From NCBI GenBank assembly GCA_949287225.1, contig CASEFP010000060.1:487-64486 (forward strand): a stretch of 64,000 bases of DNA, in the 5' to 3' direction. The notes beneath the pieces are model-generated. The model made no database searches. It was not told the DNA's origin and worked only from the letters and a program-made list of their open reading frames with translations. The position numbers and the translations under genes were made by a program. This document shows, piece by piece, positions 1 to 11,527 of the stretch. Each line of letters starts with the position of its first letter. The stretch's first letter is position 1. Source of the stretch: an uncultured Lentisphaeria bacterium (GTDB lineage: Bacteria > Verrucomicrobiota > Lentisphaeria > Victivallales > UBA1829).

Positions 1-1076
1 ATCGCTCCTTCGGAAACCAGCGTCGTATCCTCAAAGGTGACAAACTGCGGCGTATCGGGGGTATCTCCCTTGCGCATCACCTGGAACATGATGTGGTTGG
101 CCGAATCATATTCCGGAACACTCTTCCCCTGCCCGAACTCCCGCAATGCTGCGAGCACGAGTGAATACTGCTGGAGCGAACGGGGACGCTGCGAGAGTTT
201 CCGCAGTTCTTCCAGAATTTCCTTTCCCTTCTTTTTCCGCCGGAAGACATTCAGCGCCTCCTCTGTGAATGCGGGAAGGCGCATTACCGTGAGGTAAAAC
301 TTATCCGGCGCATCACAGGGCTCCGTCAGAAGACGGCCGATCGCGGCCTCGGCAACAGGACGTTTCTTCGAATAGGCGAATTTCATCAGCGCGGCGCGCG
401 CCTTGTCTCCTCCCGCCAGTTTCAACGCGAAAAGATGCGGCAGCGGCGCGGCGGCGGGCTCTTTTGCATGTTCCTCCTCCCATTCCTGCACCGCGCGCAG
501 GAGATACGGCACGGCAGCATCCCCCTTTCCCCGGAAGTATTCGACGGCGACACGGGCGGAATAGAGCTGATAGTCCTCCTCGTTGAGCGCGTCCGCCATC
601 TTCCGCATCATATCCTCTCCGCCGGAGAGTTTCAGCGTATCCTTCAGGAAATTCAGGCGCCCGATGTCGCTTTTTGCATACCAGAGATACCCGCGTCCGG
701 TTCCGAGATACATTTCATACTGTTCCAGATCATTGGGCGCGCTCTCCCAGTTGAAGAACTTCAGCATGGCGGCGGCGTTTTTTTCCGACAGGATCTGAGC
801 CTTCCGCGGCAGCAGATAGACGAGAATCATCCCTTTTGCGCGGCGGTTGGTTTTCGCATCCTTCCGCACGGCAATCTCCCTCGTGAAGACAATGCGCCAT
901 GCCCGGGAGAATTCCACCGGGGCTCCTTTCAGGCTGACGGAACGCGATTCGGCGCGCGTCCAGCCGGGAAGAGAAAGCTCCAGTTTTTTCAGCGTGTCGG
1001 CATCCGGGCGGAATGCGCTCTGCGCAAAGGCCGGAAGAGACAGACACAGCATCAGAATATAGAAGAGCTTCTTCAT
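1..1076 (-). CDS. Secreted hypothetical protein, alpha-helical (possibly HEAT-like); 3' end runs off the window
   Basis: Not in the ORF track because there is no stop in the window. Manual translation from ATG 1076 gives MKKLFYILMLCLSLPAFAQSAFRPDADTLKK..., a Sec signal peptide with an AFA cleavage site, and the frame stays open to position 1. Its ATG overlaps the dnaE stop (ATGA, 1073-1076). Confidence 0.75.
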   Translation of the reverse strand, partial: MKKLFYILMLCLSLPAFAQSAFRPDADTLKKLELSLPGWTRAESRSVSLKGAPVEFSRAWRIVFTREIAVRKDAKTNRRAKGMILVYLLPRKAQILSEKNAAAMLKFFNWESAPNDLEQYEMYLGTGRGYLWYAKSDIGRLNFLKDTLKLSGGEDMMRKMADALNEEDYQLYSARVAVEYFRGKGDAAVPYLLRAVQEWEEEHAKEPAAAPLPHLFALKLAGGDKARAALMKFAYSKKRPVAEAAIGRLLTEPCDAPDKFYLTVMRLPAFTEEALNVFRRKKKGKEILEELRKLSQRPRSLQQYSLVLAALREFGQGKSVPEYDSANHIMFQVMRKGDTPDTPQFVTFEDTTLVSEGA

Positions 1077-4000
1077 GTTTTCTGCATTTCCCCGAGTTCC
1101 TGTTCCTTCCAGGCGGGCTTCTGGAATTTCGGGCGCGGACGCGGAACCGTGTCATCAGCCTTGATCCGGAAACGGTCCTGCCCCAGAAGATGCGTGATGC
1201 CGTCAAGAAGCTCCCGGGAAACGCAGACATGACAGCGCGGCGACGCCTCAATGAAGACATTGTATCCGTTCAGCGCCCGGATGCAGATGATCAGCGCAGT
1301 CCTGCCCGGATGTTTCCGGATCAGCTTCAGAAGTTCCGGCATCTTCGCATCATCCTCCCCCTCAAACACATGCACATGAAGCTCCTGACTGTATTTCTGA
1401 ATCGCCTCGTCGAGCGTGAGAATCTTTTCAGCGACAATGCTCACAGGCGACGACTCCTCCTGCTTTTTGGTAACGGCCTCGACGAAAACCGGCGTGACTT
1501 CGGGAATATGCCCGTCCTCGTTCTTTTCCGCCTTCGCATTCTCATCCTTGTGGATCAGGGACCTGCTCTCCTCGTAGACGCGCGGATAGGCCATGCACTC
1601 GATCGAGCCGGTCAGGTCCTCGAACTGGATGACGGCGAAGAGCTTGCCGTCGCGCTTGCTGATTTTTCTCGCGACGCTCTTGATCATGCCTCCGACGCGC
1701 ACGCCGACGTCCCCCTCCCCTTCGGCAATCTTTCCGACGGTCTTTGTGGAAAAGATCTTGAAATAATTCTCATACTTCGATACCGGATGCCCGGAAACGT
1801 AAAAGCCGAGCAGCTCCTTTTCGCTGTTCAGGATTTCCGACTCGTCGAACTCGGGAATGTCGGGCGGAGGCACATCGCCGAATCCGGCGTCCTCAAACCC
1901 TTCGATCATGTCGAAGAGACTGCCCTGCCCCATCTCCTTGTCCCTGCGGCGCGAGGCCGCCGAGGAGATCGACGGTTCGATGATCGCGACAAGCTGGGAG
2001 CGCTTCAGGCCGAAGGAGTCCATCGCCCCCGCGCGGATCAGGTTCTCGCAGCTCTTGGTGTTGAGCGTGCCGCCGGTGCGCTCCAGGAGGTCGGAGAGCG
2101 ATTTGAATTCGCCGCCCTCCTCGCGCGCCTTGATGATTTCAAGCGAAACCCCTTCGCCGAATCCTTTGATCGCACCGAGCCCGAAGCGAATCGAACCGTT
2201 GTCCACGGTGAAGTTGACATCGCTCCGGTTCACGTCCGGCGGAAGCACCGGAATGCCCGAACTCCGGCACTCGTTGATCAGGAAGCGGAGCTTTTCGCTG
2301 TTGGAAAGCTCGCTGGTCAGCACCGCCGCCATGAATTCGGGCCGGTAGTTCGCCTTGAGGTAGGCGGTGCGGTAGGAGAGCAGCCCGTAGGCGGCGGAGT
2401 GGGATTTGTTGAAGCCGTAATCGGCAAACTTCTTGATGTTCTCCCAGATGGTTTCAGCCAGTTCGTTGGGGATGTTGTTGGTCTTGAGACACCCTTCGAT
2501 GAACTTGTCGTGCTGCGCCTCCATGTCCTTGATTTTTTTCTTTCCGATCGCGCGCCGGAGGATGTCCGCCTGCCCGAGCGAGAACCCGGCGAGCACCTGC
2601 ACGACCTGCATGATCTGCTCCTGATAAAGCATGATCCCGTAGGTCTCCTTGAGATACTGCTCCATCAGCGGGTGGTCGTATTCGACGGGCATGGTCCCGA
2701 GCTTGCGCCCGACGAAGAGCGGAATGAACTGCATCGGGCCGGGCCGGTAGATCGCCAGAAGCGCGATGATGTGCTTGATGCTCTCCACACGGAACTGGCG
2801 GCAGAGATTCTGCATTCCGCCCGACTCGAGCTGGAACACCGCGACCGTATCGCCCCGGTTCAGCAGATCGAAAGTCGCCTGATCCTCAAGCAAGATTTTG
2901 TCGAGGTCGATCTCAATGCCGCGCGACTTGCGGATGTTGTCCAGCGCGTCCTGAATAAGCGTGAGCGTCCGGAGCCCGAGGAAGTCCATCTTCAGCAGCC
3001 CGACCGACTCGCAGAGCGGCGCGGTATACTGCGTGATCACCTCGTCGTGCGCACCGCGTCCCAGCGGGAGCAGATCCGCCAGCGGCTGGTTGGAGATGAT
3101 GACGCCGCAGGCATGAATTCCCATCTGACGGTTGAGCATCTCCAGCGGGCGGGCATAGCGGAAGACTTCGCGCACCCACTCCTCCTGCTCCAGCAGCTGT
3201 TTGAGTTCGGGAGATTCCTTGACCGCTTTGGAAAGGGTCATCTTCGGATCGTCGGGAACGGTCTTGGTAATCATGTTTCCGTCCGCGGGGGAACGGCTCA
3301 AAGCACGCGCAACGTCCTTGAGAACCGCTTTCGCCTTGAGCTGGCCGTAGGTGCCGATCTGGGAGACGGAATCCTCGCCGTATTTTCCGATCACATAGTC
3401 GATCACCTCCTGGCGGCGGCGTTCGCAGAAGTCCGTGTCGAAGTCGGGGGGCGAAACGCGGTCAGGGTTCAGGAAACGCTCAAAAAGCAGGTCGTACTTG
3501 ATCGGGTCGATGTCGGTGATTCCGGAAAGATAAGCAACCAGCGAACCTGCGCCGGAACCGCGCCCCGCGCCGACGGGAATGCCGTGCTCCTTCGCCCAGT
3601 TGATGAAGTCCCAGACGCAGAGGAAGTAGCTCGGATATTTCGTGCGCATGATGACGCTCAGCTCATAGTCGAGGCGCTTGAGCTTGAGTTCCGCGTCGGC
3701 CTTTTTGTCCGCGGGGGGATTGAAGGGATCATAGCCGTATTTCTTCAGGTAGCCGCAGACGGAGTTTTCACCGGTGCCGTAGAGGCAGATTCTGCGCAGA
3801 TACGCTCCGGTCTTGCGCAGAATAACCTCCCGCTCGGTCCGGTAGTCGATTTCCTCCTTCGTCGGTTCGGCAGTATCACCTTTTTTCTCTTTTTCCTTTT
3901 TGATATCAGCCGCGGCAGCCTCGGCGGCCTCTTTGCGGATCGCGTCCATGTCGAGCGTCGCGACGAACTCGGCGGGGGGTTCGTATTCCGGGTAGTGGTT

Positions 4001-4879
4001 CTCGTAGCCGATCGTGACGTCGCAGCGCTCGGCCACCTCGACGGTATTGGTGAGCGCCTCGGGGATCTCGTTCCCGAAAACGGCGAACATCTCGTCGCCG
4101 TCCTTGAAATAGAACTCGTCGGACTCCATGCGCATTCTGCGCTCATCGGCCATTGTCGTGCGGGTCTGGATGCAGAGCATGACCTCGTGCGCCTTCGCGT
4201 CCTCGCGCCGGAGGTAATGCACGTCGTTCGTGGCGATGACGGGCACCCCCGTCTCCTTCGCGAGCGCGATCAGTCCCCGGTTGACCTCCTTCTGCTCGGG
4301 CAGATTGTGATACATCAGCTCGATATAGAAGTTCTCCTTTCCGAAGATGTCGAGATATTCGTAGAGCACCTTCTTCGCGCTCTCCATGCCGAAATCGCGG
4401 ATGGCGCAGTCGATTTCCCCGGCCAGACAGGCGCTTGAGGCGATGAGCCCTTCGGCATGCGCGGCAAGGAAGGCCTTGTCGGTCCGCGGCTTGTAATAGA
4501 ATCCGCGCGTGTGGGCGTCGGAAATGATATGGCAGAGATTGTGGTATCCGACATTGTTTTTCGCAAGCAGGATCAGGTGATACCCTTTGATGTGTGCGAC
4601 GGTGCTGTCGCGCTGTTCGCTGCTGCCGGGGGCGACATAGGTTTCGCATCCGATGATGGGCTTGAGCTCGGCTTTCTTCATCGCGTTGTGGAATTCCAGG
4701 CATCCGCCCATAACGCCGTGATCGGTAATCGCGCAGGCCTTCATTCCGGCATTTTTGACTGCGGAGACAAGATCGAGTTTCCCTTCGGCGTCCTTGAGTT
4801 TCGCCCAGGAGATCGGGCAGGCTCCGTCCAGCAGACTGTAATCGGTATGCAGATGCAGATGAACAAAATCTTTCGGCAT
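1073..4879 (-). CDS. dnaE: DNA polymerase III subunit alpha
   Basis: PHP domain HLHLHTDYSLLDG/TDHG/TNDVHY, then GRGSGAGS, PDFDTDF, KMDFLGL, YGFNKSHSAAY and a C-terminal OB fold. Start moved to ATG 4879, which has a GAGGAG RBS. Confidence 0.98.
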   Translation of the reverse strand: MPKDFVHLHLHTDYSLLDGACPISWAKLKDAEGKLDLVSAVKNAGMKACAITDHGVMGGCLEFHNAMKKAELKPIIGCETYVAPGSSEQRDSTVAHIKGYHLILLAKNNVGYHNLCHIISDAHTRGFYYKPRTDKAFLAAHAEGLIASSACLAGEIDCAIRDFGMESAKKVLYEYLDIFGKENFYIELMYHNLPEQKEVNRGLIALAKETGVPVIATNDVHYLRREDAKAHEVMLCIQTRTTMADERRMRMESDEFYFKDGDEMFAVFGNEIPEALTNTVEVAERCDVTIGYENHYPEYEPPAEFVATLDMDAIRKEAAEAAAADIKKEKEKKGDTAEPTKEEIDYRTEREVILRKTGAYLRRICLYGTGENSVCGYLKKYGYDPFNPPADKKADAELKLKRLDYELSVIMRTKYPSYFLCVWDFINWAKEHGIPVGAGRGSGAGSLVAYLSGITDIDPIKYDLLFERFLNPDRVSPPDFDTDFCERRRQEVIDYVIGKYGEDSVSQIGTYGQLKAKAVLKDVARALSRSPADGNMITKTVPDDPKMTLSKAVKESPELKQLLEQEEWVREVFRYARPLEMLNRQMGIHACGVIISNQPLADLLPLGRGAHDEVITQYTAPLCESVGLLKMDFLGLRTLTLIQDALDNIRKSRGIEIDLDKILLEDQATFDLLNRGDTVAVFQLESGGMQNLCRQFRVESIKHIIALLAIYRPGPMQFIPLFVGRKLGTMPVEYDHPLMEQYLKETYGIMLYQEQIMQVVQVLAGFSLGQADILRRAIGKKKIKDMEAQHDKFIEGCLKTNNIPNELAETIWENIKKFADYGFNKSHSAAYGLLSYRTAYLKANYRPEFMAAVLTSELSNSEKLRFLINECRSSGIPVLPPDVNRSDVNFTVDNGSIRFGLGAIKGFGEGVSLEIIKAREEGGEFKSLSDLLERTGGTLNTKSCENLIRAGAMDSFGLKRSQLVAIIEPSISSAASRRRDKEMGQGSLFDMIEGFEDAGFGDVPPPDIPEFDESEILNSEKELLGFYVSGHPVSKYENYFKIFSTKTVGKIAEGEGDVGVRVGGMIKSVARKISKRDGKLFAVIQFEDLTGSIECMAYPRVYEESRSLIHKDENAKAEKNEDGHIPEVTPVFVEAVTKKQEESSPVSIVAEKILTLDEAIQKYSQELHVHVFEGEDDAKMPELLKLIRKHPGRTALIICIRALNGYNVFIEASPRCHVCVSRELLDGITHLLGQDRFRIKADDTVPRPRPKFQKPAWKEQELGEMQKT

Positions 4880-5065
4880 GACACTCCTCATATATCGACG
4901 CAAAAGCGTCCTGAAAACATTGACAAAGGTTCCTTCTTTTCTGACGAGGTATCATATATCGGAATCGGTGTTTTTTCCAGAGGCAAGAGAAGCAAAAGAC
5001 GAAAAAAGTCCAGATTTAAGACAGATTGAAAATCCGCGCCCCACGGGCAGAGAAGCCTTGACTGG

Positions 5066-5116
5066 AGAAAAAAAGCCTCAAAACAGAGGGAGAGGCCAAT
5101 GTTTTGAAGCTTTTCT
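5066..5116 (-). terminator. Intrinsic terminator after the 1506-aa CAZyme gene
   Basis: Minus-strand stem AGCTTCAAAACA...TGTTTTGAGGCT followed by a T run, about 25 nt after the stop at 5142. Confidence 0.65.
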
Positions 5117-5141
5117 GATGACTGTCACGGATCTGCAGAGG

Positions 5142-8100
5142 CTAATTGATCCGGAGCTCCAGTTCCGCAGTGCGTCCTGTGACGATTTCACAGGCCCGGA
5201 TCTTCCAGATTCCGGCCGGATCGTTCTGTGCGAATTTGATCCGATGCACGGCTTTTCCGAGCGGCGCATTCAGATTTGCAGCATACCACGGCAGTTCCCT
5301 GCCATCCGGACGTATCACGGTCAGGCGGATCACCGTATCCCTCTGTGCCGCGGCATCCAGACGCAGCAGGAAGTCACGCTTCGCGCCTCCTGCGGTGATC
5401 CGGACAGGCGTCTTCTCCTTTTCCGGAAGAAGCGCAACGAAGATGGGACTGGAGTTCCCCAGTTTCGCTCCGGATCTCCGAATGTCGCAGACTGTCCTGG
5501 GGGAACGGAATTCGAGGCGGACATCAGAAACAGCATCCTCTCTGCTTATGATAAGCACATAATCGTTCCCCTGACGGTCGCGCATAATGTCGATCTCAGC
5601 GTCAAGATACGGTTTTCCCCCTGAGGTCATTACCCGGCAGAGCGGAGTAACAGCCGCCTGTTTCAGGACAGCGGCAAACATTTTTCTGTCCTGATCCAGA
5701 ATATTCCGTTCATTCCTGCTTCTCTGAAGGGCGGGCTTTTCCCAGGCGGAAAAATAGTCCGTGCGGAATTCATCCGGACGCAGAACAGTACGGCCTTTCC
5801 ATTTTTCGCGTTTCGGCTGCATCCGGCAGGAGGCATCCATTGAAGCGAACTGTCCATCCACAAGAATTTTCCCTCCGCGGACGGCATACCGGGAAATTTC
5901 ATCCAGCATTGGATCGCTCAAAGCTGCAATGTCCGGAAAGATCACCAGTTTGGCAGAGAGCTTGTTTAAGATTCCCTCCGCAATCTGACCGTCCGAGACA
6001 AAACGGAACGGAATACCGAAATTGCGGCAGAGCGTAATATATTTCCAGCGCAGTTTCTCATGGTCCGCAGCACGCCCCTTGATGAAAGCGGCCCGGATGG
6101 AAGCCTGGGAATAGACGATCAGGATTTCAGGACGGGGATACTCTTTCAGTGCGTTCAGAACCAGTTTTGCCGTTCCCTCGACAATTTCCGGCATGTACTT
6201 CGCCGTGGCTTTTCCCGTCGGTGAAAGCGTATAATCCGGATTGATCATGCTTGCCGCATGGAAAATCATCATGCCGCGGGCGCGGAACATCAGGGAACGC
6301 CACAACTGATAGCAGATCATTCCGTCAGAACTGTTGTATCCTATCCAGGGCAGGTTGACGCCATCCGGAGCAAAAGAACGCATCAGATCGACAAATCCGC
6401 CATAGTTATAACTCATTACACCGGAATAGATCGGTGTCTGTCTGCACCAGTCATTCCCCCCGTAGGCGCTGGCGGCCTGCGGGCCGGAAATGAAGGTCTT
6501 TGCGTCCGGATCCCCCTGGCGCAGCCCTTTTGTCACGCGGGAAATATGTTCCACAAGAAGCCCGTCCATGTATTCGAGATGATCCGCCCATGCGCTGTAA
6601 TTCCCATCCTGATGCTTTCGTGCCTCCGCAGCGGTTTCCGGCAGAACCTCCTGAAGATTTTTATATTTTGTCCCCCACTGGCGGTTGATGTTCTGAAGAG
6701 AACCGTATTTCCGGATCAGGAAGTCGCGAAAATGTTCCAGACAAGTCGGAGAAAAACAGAAATCAATCGGAGTGCTCCAGTATCCGGCAAGGGAAAGCTC
6801 ATCGCCGAACCAGTAAAAACGTGGTCCCCATGCGGCGGTATCGCCACCGAGTTTCCGGAACTGCTGAACGGTTTTCCTGCAGAATTCCAGGTCGGTGAGG
6901 CATGGCTTTCTGACCAGAAGCATTTTATTCCCGGTTTTCTGATATTCCGCAGGCAGACGGGCAGCATTGATTCCGGCATGCTGGAGTTTCGTCGGATTGA
7001 AGTTGTACTGAATGGCAAGAGTCTGCTCCGTTTCCCGACGGTTGCCGAGAATGGTCTGCATACGCAGTTCACGCAGTTTTTCAGCAAACAGCGGATGAAG
7101 GAAAGGGCGAATCGCATCGCCGCTGCGGGGCGTTACCCAGATTCCCGGTTCGTAATCATCCCAGACAAGCTTCTCCGGAGAAGGAATTGCTGTGATGGAT
7201 GTTTCCGCACGGTCGATCACATGCCCGGAGGACAGCAGTTCGACCCGGAATATATAGGATCTCATTTTCAGATTGTTTGCAATCAACGTCTCGATCCGGC
7301 TCTCTTTTCCCGCGGGGAGAGAGCCGGAGGAGACAATCCTGCCGTAAACATCAATCAGCGACCAGGCAAGTGTGCCGAGCGGCCTGCTCACTTTTACAGT
7401 AAATACGGCGGTCTGATTTTCCCGGCAGGCATCATTTTCCGGTTTCACGGAGAGAATTTCCGCTTCCGGAGGATTCTTTACGGCGGCTGCGCCAAAATCA
7501 ATCACATTCCCGTCACTGTCGGCAAGAATCAGTCCGAGCAGCTGCTGTCCGCCCCACGGAGATACCGGGATTGTTCCGCAAAACTCTTTTCCTTGCGTAA
7601 GGGAAAATGTTTTTCTGGCGAGTTCCTGATTGTCACGGTTTCGGACAAACGCCGTGAGGCACAGCTTCGGATCTGGAGCCAATGAGCCTGTCAGTGCAAT
7701 CCGGAAGGAGATTCCCCGCTGATCCGCTGAAGATTCAATCTTGTCAAAAAAGATTTCCGGAACACGATGCGCAGCTGCAACAATTGCCTTTGCCGTCATC
7801 AGGAAATAAAGCTCAAAATAATCTTTGAAAGGAGCATTTTTCAGCGGATAGGGCAATTCCGGCGTCATTCCGTTGACGTGTCTCCCGGCACCGCCGCTGC
7901 TGTACCAGCCAAGCCCGACACTGCATCCCTTTCCGACCTGCCGCGCAACAACCCAGGGACTATTTTTACCACTGACAGCAAAAACTGTTCCGTTCGCGCT
8001 GTTTTCACGGTAAATCGTAGCAGGGAACAGTTCAAACGGTATGGCGGAACTCAGAAACCCCTCCCGGACACGTTTTACAGGCGCCGTTCCAACGGTAATG

Positions 8101-9662
8101 GGCTTCCCGAATGCAGAGATTTCCCCGAGCTCTCCGGTTTTGCAGGAATTGTTGATTTCCACAAATCCACAGCCGCCCTTCACCTTGCGGACAATTTCAG
8201 AACGCTGCGCTTTCGTCAAATGATCCCAGTTGATTCCAGCCAGCAAAATAACATCGTAATCCCTGGCAAGAAGTCCGTCCAGATTGTCCAGCACATCCTG
8301 ATTGGTCAGCACACCGTAATAAGGCCCATAACTGAAAAGCGGTTTGTGCGGCAGTGTCCAGACCATGGAGGTCAGTTCAATATCGAGGCGCTGTGCCAGT
8401 TCCGCGAGCTCGCGCCAGGAGGGAAAGGGTGTCAGGGCCAGCACCCGGATCTTCCCGTTCTTCAATGGTTTCGCCCACTTGATATGCGGGGTTTCCAGCG
8501 AAGCATCCAGATGAGTCAAATCAATCGTGCGCCCGCCGTTTTTCCGCAGCTCCTGTTCCGGCTGCATATTGTAGCTCAGAGAGGAGGAAATCTCCGCAGG
8601 AACATTGAAAATGGCAAGAAGTCTGCCGTCTGATGCAAATGCCCGGGCCTCCACATCATATGCGGGAGCAGGGACGGGAAAGCGGTAGCTGATCTGAATA
8701 TTTTTGATGTCTCCTGGTTTTTCAAAGCGCATTTCCCTGCTTCCCACCTCATGAACGGCGCCGTTCGGCACAAGACGTGCGGTCAGTTTCACGGTAATAT
8801 TCTGCTTTTTTGCACTGTATACGCACAGGCGGAGGTCGCGCTTCAGCCACTGATTTGTCTGGAAAGCCGCCTTTTCCGGGATGACGGTCAGTTCGCCAAC
8901 CAGTCCGCCACCTGCACCGGAGATTTTTTTCAATCCTGTAAAAGGAATGAACTCCACCTGAGTATCCAGACTTTTCCCGTGTGGGATTCTGACTTTTTCA
9001 AAACGCCATTCCTGTGTTGTTTCCCCTTTTGCATACCAGCCGTAAAAGGTCTTGAGACGGGTAAAATCCATGGTCATGGCCATCCCGTTTCCTGCGGAAT
9101 CGGAAAAACCGACCCAGCCGCGGGAGGGCTGGTTGAACCAGAGTTCACCCTGCTGACTTCCGCCGCTCACGGAGATGATACCTTTCAAGGTCGGGAAGAA
9201 ATAGGTGCATTCACGCCCTGGAATGCCGGCAAAATTCTGCATCCAGTATCCATATTCCAGTTCGCTCATGGCGGCCTGCAGATTGGTCAGCTTGTAATCG
9301 ACCAGGATGCGTGCTTCATCTTCCGGAAGACGCACGGTTTTTTTAACCTGCATATAGTCGATGCCGCCCCCGGTATGATGTCCTGTCAGAGTAACAGATC
9401 CCTTTCCGGTTACCGGCGTATAATACAGTTTCGTCAGGAAAAAATGCGACGCGGGGATATCCCAGAAATTATCGCCGAGCAGACCGTCGTTCATCGTCAG
9501 ATCAACTCCACCCGGCAGAAAACGGAGGGTCTCAATCCGGCCCCCGGTGTCATTGATTTTCAGTTTGATATAGGGATTCTTCAATTCATGATATCCGGCC
9601 GATGCAGAAAGAAGCAGCAGCAGCCCCAGCAGAATAAGTGCCTTTTTCATTTGCATCCTCAT
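5142..9662 (-). CDS. Large secreted multidomain glycoside hydrolase, GH42/clan GH-A-like, with a beta-galactosidase trimerisation-like domain
   Basis: Signal peptide [18 protein letters not shown] (alternative start 9650). GH42-like segment GDE...[32 protein letters not shown]. Trimerisation-like block ILIVYSQAS...IPFRFVS...[12 protein letters not shown]. Ends [11 protein letters not shown]. Confidence 0.7.
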   Translation of the reverse strand: MRMQMKKALILLGLLLLLSASAGYHELKNPYIKLKINDTGGRIETLRFLPGGVDLTMNDGLLGDNFWDIPASHFFLTKLYYTPVTGKGSVTLTGHHTGGGIDYMQVKKTVRLPEDEARILVDYKLTNLQAAMSELEYGYWMQNFAGIPGRECTYFFPTLKGIISVSGGSQQGELWFNQPSRGWVGFSDSAGNGMAMTMDFTRLKTFYGWYAKGETTQEWRFEKVRIPHGKSLDTQVEFIPFTGLKKISGAGGGLVGELTVIPEKAAFQTNQWLKRDLRLCVYSAKKQNITVKLTARLVPNGAVHEVGSREMRFEKPGDIKNIQISYRFPVPAPAYDVEARAFASDGRLLAIFNVPAEISSSLSYNMQPEQELRKNGGRTIDLTHLDASLETPHIKWAKPLKNGKIRVLALTPFPSWRELAELAQRLDIELTSMVWTLPHKPLFSYGPYYGVLTNQDVLDNLDGLLARDYDVILLAGINWDHLTKAQRSEIVRKVKGGCGFVEINNSCKTGELGEISAFGKPITVGTAPVKRVREGFLSSAIPFELFPATIYRENSANGTVFAVSGKNSPWVVARQVGKGCSVGLGWYSSGGAGRHVNGMTPELPYPLKNAPFKDYFELYFLMTAKAIVAAAHRVPEIFFDKIESSADQRGISFRIALTGSLAPDPKLCLTAFVRNRDNQELARKTFSLTQGKEFCGTIPVSPWGGQQLLGLILADSDGNVIDFGAAAVKNPPEAEILSVKPENDACRENQTAVFTVKVSRPLGTLAWSLIDVYGRIVSSGSLPAGKESRIETLIANNLKMRSYIFRVELLSSGHVIDRAETSITAIPSPEKLVWDDYEPGIWVTPRSGDAIRPFLHPLFAEKLRELRMQTILGNRRETEQTLAIQYNFNPTKLQHAGINAARLPAEYQKTGNKMLLVRKPCLTDLEFCRKTVQQFRKLGGDTAAWGPRFYWFGDELSLAGYWSTPIDFCFSPTCLEHFRDFLIRKYGSLQNINRQWGTKYKNLQEVLPETAAEARKHQDGNYSAWADHLEYMDGLLVEHISRVTKGLRQGDPDAKTFISGPQAASAYGGNDWCRQTPIYSGVMSYNYGGFVDLMRSFAPDGVNLPWIGYNSSDGMICYQLWRSLMFRARGMMIFHAASMINPDYTLSPTGKATAKYMPEIVEGTAKLVLNALKEYPRPEILIVYSQASIRAAFIKGRAADHEKLRWKYITLCRNFGIPFRFVSDGQIAEGILNKLSAKLVIFPDIAALSDPMLDEISRYAVRGGKILVDGQFASMDASCRMQPKREKWKGRTVLRPDEFRTDYFSAWEKPALQRSRNERNILDQDRKMFAAVLKQAAVTPLCRVMTSGGKPYLDAEIDIMRDRQGNDYVLIISREDAVSDVRLEFRSPRTVCDIRRSGAKLGNSSPIFVALLPEKEKTPVRITAGGAKRDFLLRLDAAAQRDTVIRLTVIRPDGRELPWYAANLNAPLGKAVHRIKFAQNDPAGIWKIRACEIVTGRTAELELRIN

Positions 9663-10372
9663 CTGTATTTCAAATTGGCAATTTCCATCTGCGTATGGCT
9701 TTTCACATGACCATCCAGAAACAAAACATTCGAAAAAGCAAGATTGTGCCTGGCATATGCCCGGTTGTACATTTCAGAGGCCGCGGGATAATTGGTCGGA
9801 TAGGCGGCAACGGCAATCCGGACACTCCAGGAATAATTGAACAGGAGATAAGCGGAATCCCCCATCGCGACCTGTTCGGAGGGATATTTCCATAAAGCGA
9901 GACGCGGTCCCGGATAATAAATATTTGCGGCTAAAAACGCTTCATTGCAGCCATAACTGACCCGTATCATATCACTGCCGTCCAATCCATAAGGCACAGC
10001 CATCCCCAGCCCCCACTGGTCCGTATCCGAACCGGCTTTATATTTATGAATGTCAAGCCGGTCTATTGGACAATCAAGAAGCTTCAGCGGCTGAAGTCCG
10101 CTGAAAGTCATCAGTGTCCGGACTGTGGAAAACTGCTTCCATGTGCCTGAAAGGGTATTCTGTTCTGGTGGGATGTAATCACTCTCTGCAGTATACATGT
10201 TGAGAAGAGTGCCGAATTGTTTCAGGTTGGAAGCACACTGGACAGACTGCGCCTTCTGGCGGGCGGAGGCCAGCGCAGGCAGAAGCAGTGCCGCCAGAAT
10301 GGCGATGATCGCAATTACGACCAGAAGCTCGATCAATGTGAATACATTCCGCGACAGATTTCTCCAATTCAT
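9659..10372 (-). CDS. Prepilin-type N-terminal cleavage/methylation domain protein with H-X9-DG-like C-terminal motif (DUF1559-like)
   Basis: [31 protein letters not shown]...C.SNLKQ, a CP motif, YGCN, and [16 protein letters not shown] (H-X10-DG). Start 10372 has an AGGAG RBS; 10417 is an alternative start. Confidence 0.92.
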   Translation of the reverse strand: MNWRNLSRNVFTLIELLVVIAIIAILAALLLPALASARQKAQSVQCASNLKQFGTLLNMYTAESDYIPPEQNTLSGTWKQFSTVRTLMTFSGLQPLKLLDCPIDRLDIHKYKAGSDTDQWGLGMAVPYGLDGSDMIRVSYGCNEAFLAANIYYPGPRLALWKYPSEQVAMGDSAYLLFNYSWSVRIAVAAYPTNYPAASEMYNRAYARHNLAFSNVLFLDGHVKSHTQMEIANLKYR

Positions 10373-10413
10373 ACTCGTCTCCTTGTGTTTCTTATTTTCA
10401 ACTATGAACCGTA

Positions 10414-11523
10414 TCATTTCTTCTTCCCCGGCGGCGGAGCAATTGTTCCATTGTCGAGGAAACGATATTCCGTATAATGAATGCCGCCAAGCGGCTCGCC
10501 GTTAAGAAGCTGACGCTTCAGCTCCTTGACACAATTGGCACCTTCATCCCAGGCGGAGGAAAAAACCGTGCTGATTTTGAAGTGAGGTACAAACCATTCC
10601 GGTTTTCCGCTGTCATAAACAAGACTCAAATCTTCTGGAATCCGGATGCCAGCCTTGATCAGCGCCATGTAAATGTCAAATCCGATCACATTGCCGAAGG
10701 GTACAAGCATGGCAGTGTAATTTCCTGCAATCCGGGCAATCTCCGCAGATTTTTCCTGAAGCGGTTTGAGAGCGCTCTGAATAGACCAGGGTACATTGAC
10801 AAAGGCAAAATCTTCAAAGGGAAGTTGATATTCGTCATACAACCGCTGGACCAGATTTCTGTATTCATCGAAATTCAAGGCGAGGATCCGACGATGCCCC
10901 AGATCCAGGAATTTTCTGAGAACCATCTCGTATTTATCTTCCTGGGGGAGGTAGCACTCGAAAAAATGGTGCTCCGGCAAACGCAACTTGGAAATCTGAT
11001 TGCCGAGAAAAACACAGGGCAGACTGCTGTTATGCAGCGCATGCAGAAACTCCATATTTACTTTGCCTGCCACAATATAGCCGTCCGGACGTCCGGATGC
11101 GGGAAAAACAGGCGGTGCTGCGGGAGCATCAGGCTCATCCGGCCGCGGCAGAGTCCACGTGGTCAGAATAATATTTTCCCGATACGCCTGATCAAAACAG
11201 CCTGCCACAAAATCCATATAATTCGGATCCTTCAAGTTCTCACGTCCAAGCAGCAGCAACGCGGAACTGCAATCCGATGGTTCAGGCTCTGTCACAAGTG
11301 CAGGATGGACTAGAGAGCGTTTATGATGCTTCGGCTGGCGGGTCAGGAGTTTTTTCTCCTGCAGAAGATCAAGTGCGGTCCGGATCGTCGTCCGTGTACA
11401 GCGGTAATGCAGTGCCAGATTACGTTCGCTGGGTAGTTTGGCTTCCTTCCGGAAATCTTCGCAAATCCGCTGCGCAATATCGTGATACAGAAATTTGCCT
11501 TGCTGAATCAACTGCTCTTGCAT
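10414..11523 (-). CDS. GntR-type HTH regulator with a LacI-like periplasmic-binding-fold sensor domain
   Basis: N-terminal [23 protein letters not shown] (GntR wHTH). C-terminal LGHRRI and [11 protein letters not shown] (LacI sensor). Confidence 0.88.
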   Translation of the reverse strand: MQEQLIQQGKFLYHDIAQRICEDFRKEAKLPSERNLALHYRCTRTTIRTALDLLQEKKLLTRQPKHHKRSLVHPALVTEPEPSDCSSALLLLGRENLKDPNYMDFVAGCFDQAYRENIILTTWTLPRPDEPDAPAAPPVFPASGRPDGYIVAGKVNMEFLHALHNSSLPCVFLGNQISKLRLPEHHFFECYLPQEDKYEMVLRKFLDLGHRRILALNFDEYRNLVQRLYDEYQLPFEDFAFVNVPWSIQSALKPLQEKSAEIARIAGNYTAMLVPFGNVIGFDIYMALIKAGIRIPEDLSLVYDSGKPEWFVPHFKISTVFSSAWDEGANCVKELKRQLLNGEPLGGIHYTEYRFLDNGTIAPPPGKKK

Positions 11524-11527
11524 AATG

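Noticed and set aside
3805-3975. Possible intein in DnaE
   Set aside because: The insert is too short and lacks the Cys/Ser start, His-Asn end and LAGLIDADG motifs.
1013-4438. 1141-aa ORF on the + strand
   Set aside because: It is the codon-aligned antisense shadow of dnaE, expected with GC-rich codon usage, and has no recognisable motifs.
4921-4955. TTGACA on the + strand upstream of dnaE
   Set aside because: It points away from dnaE, and the nearest -10-like hexamer (TATCAT) is 23 nt away.
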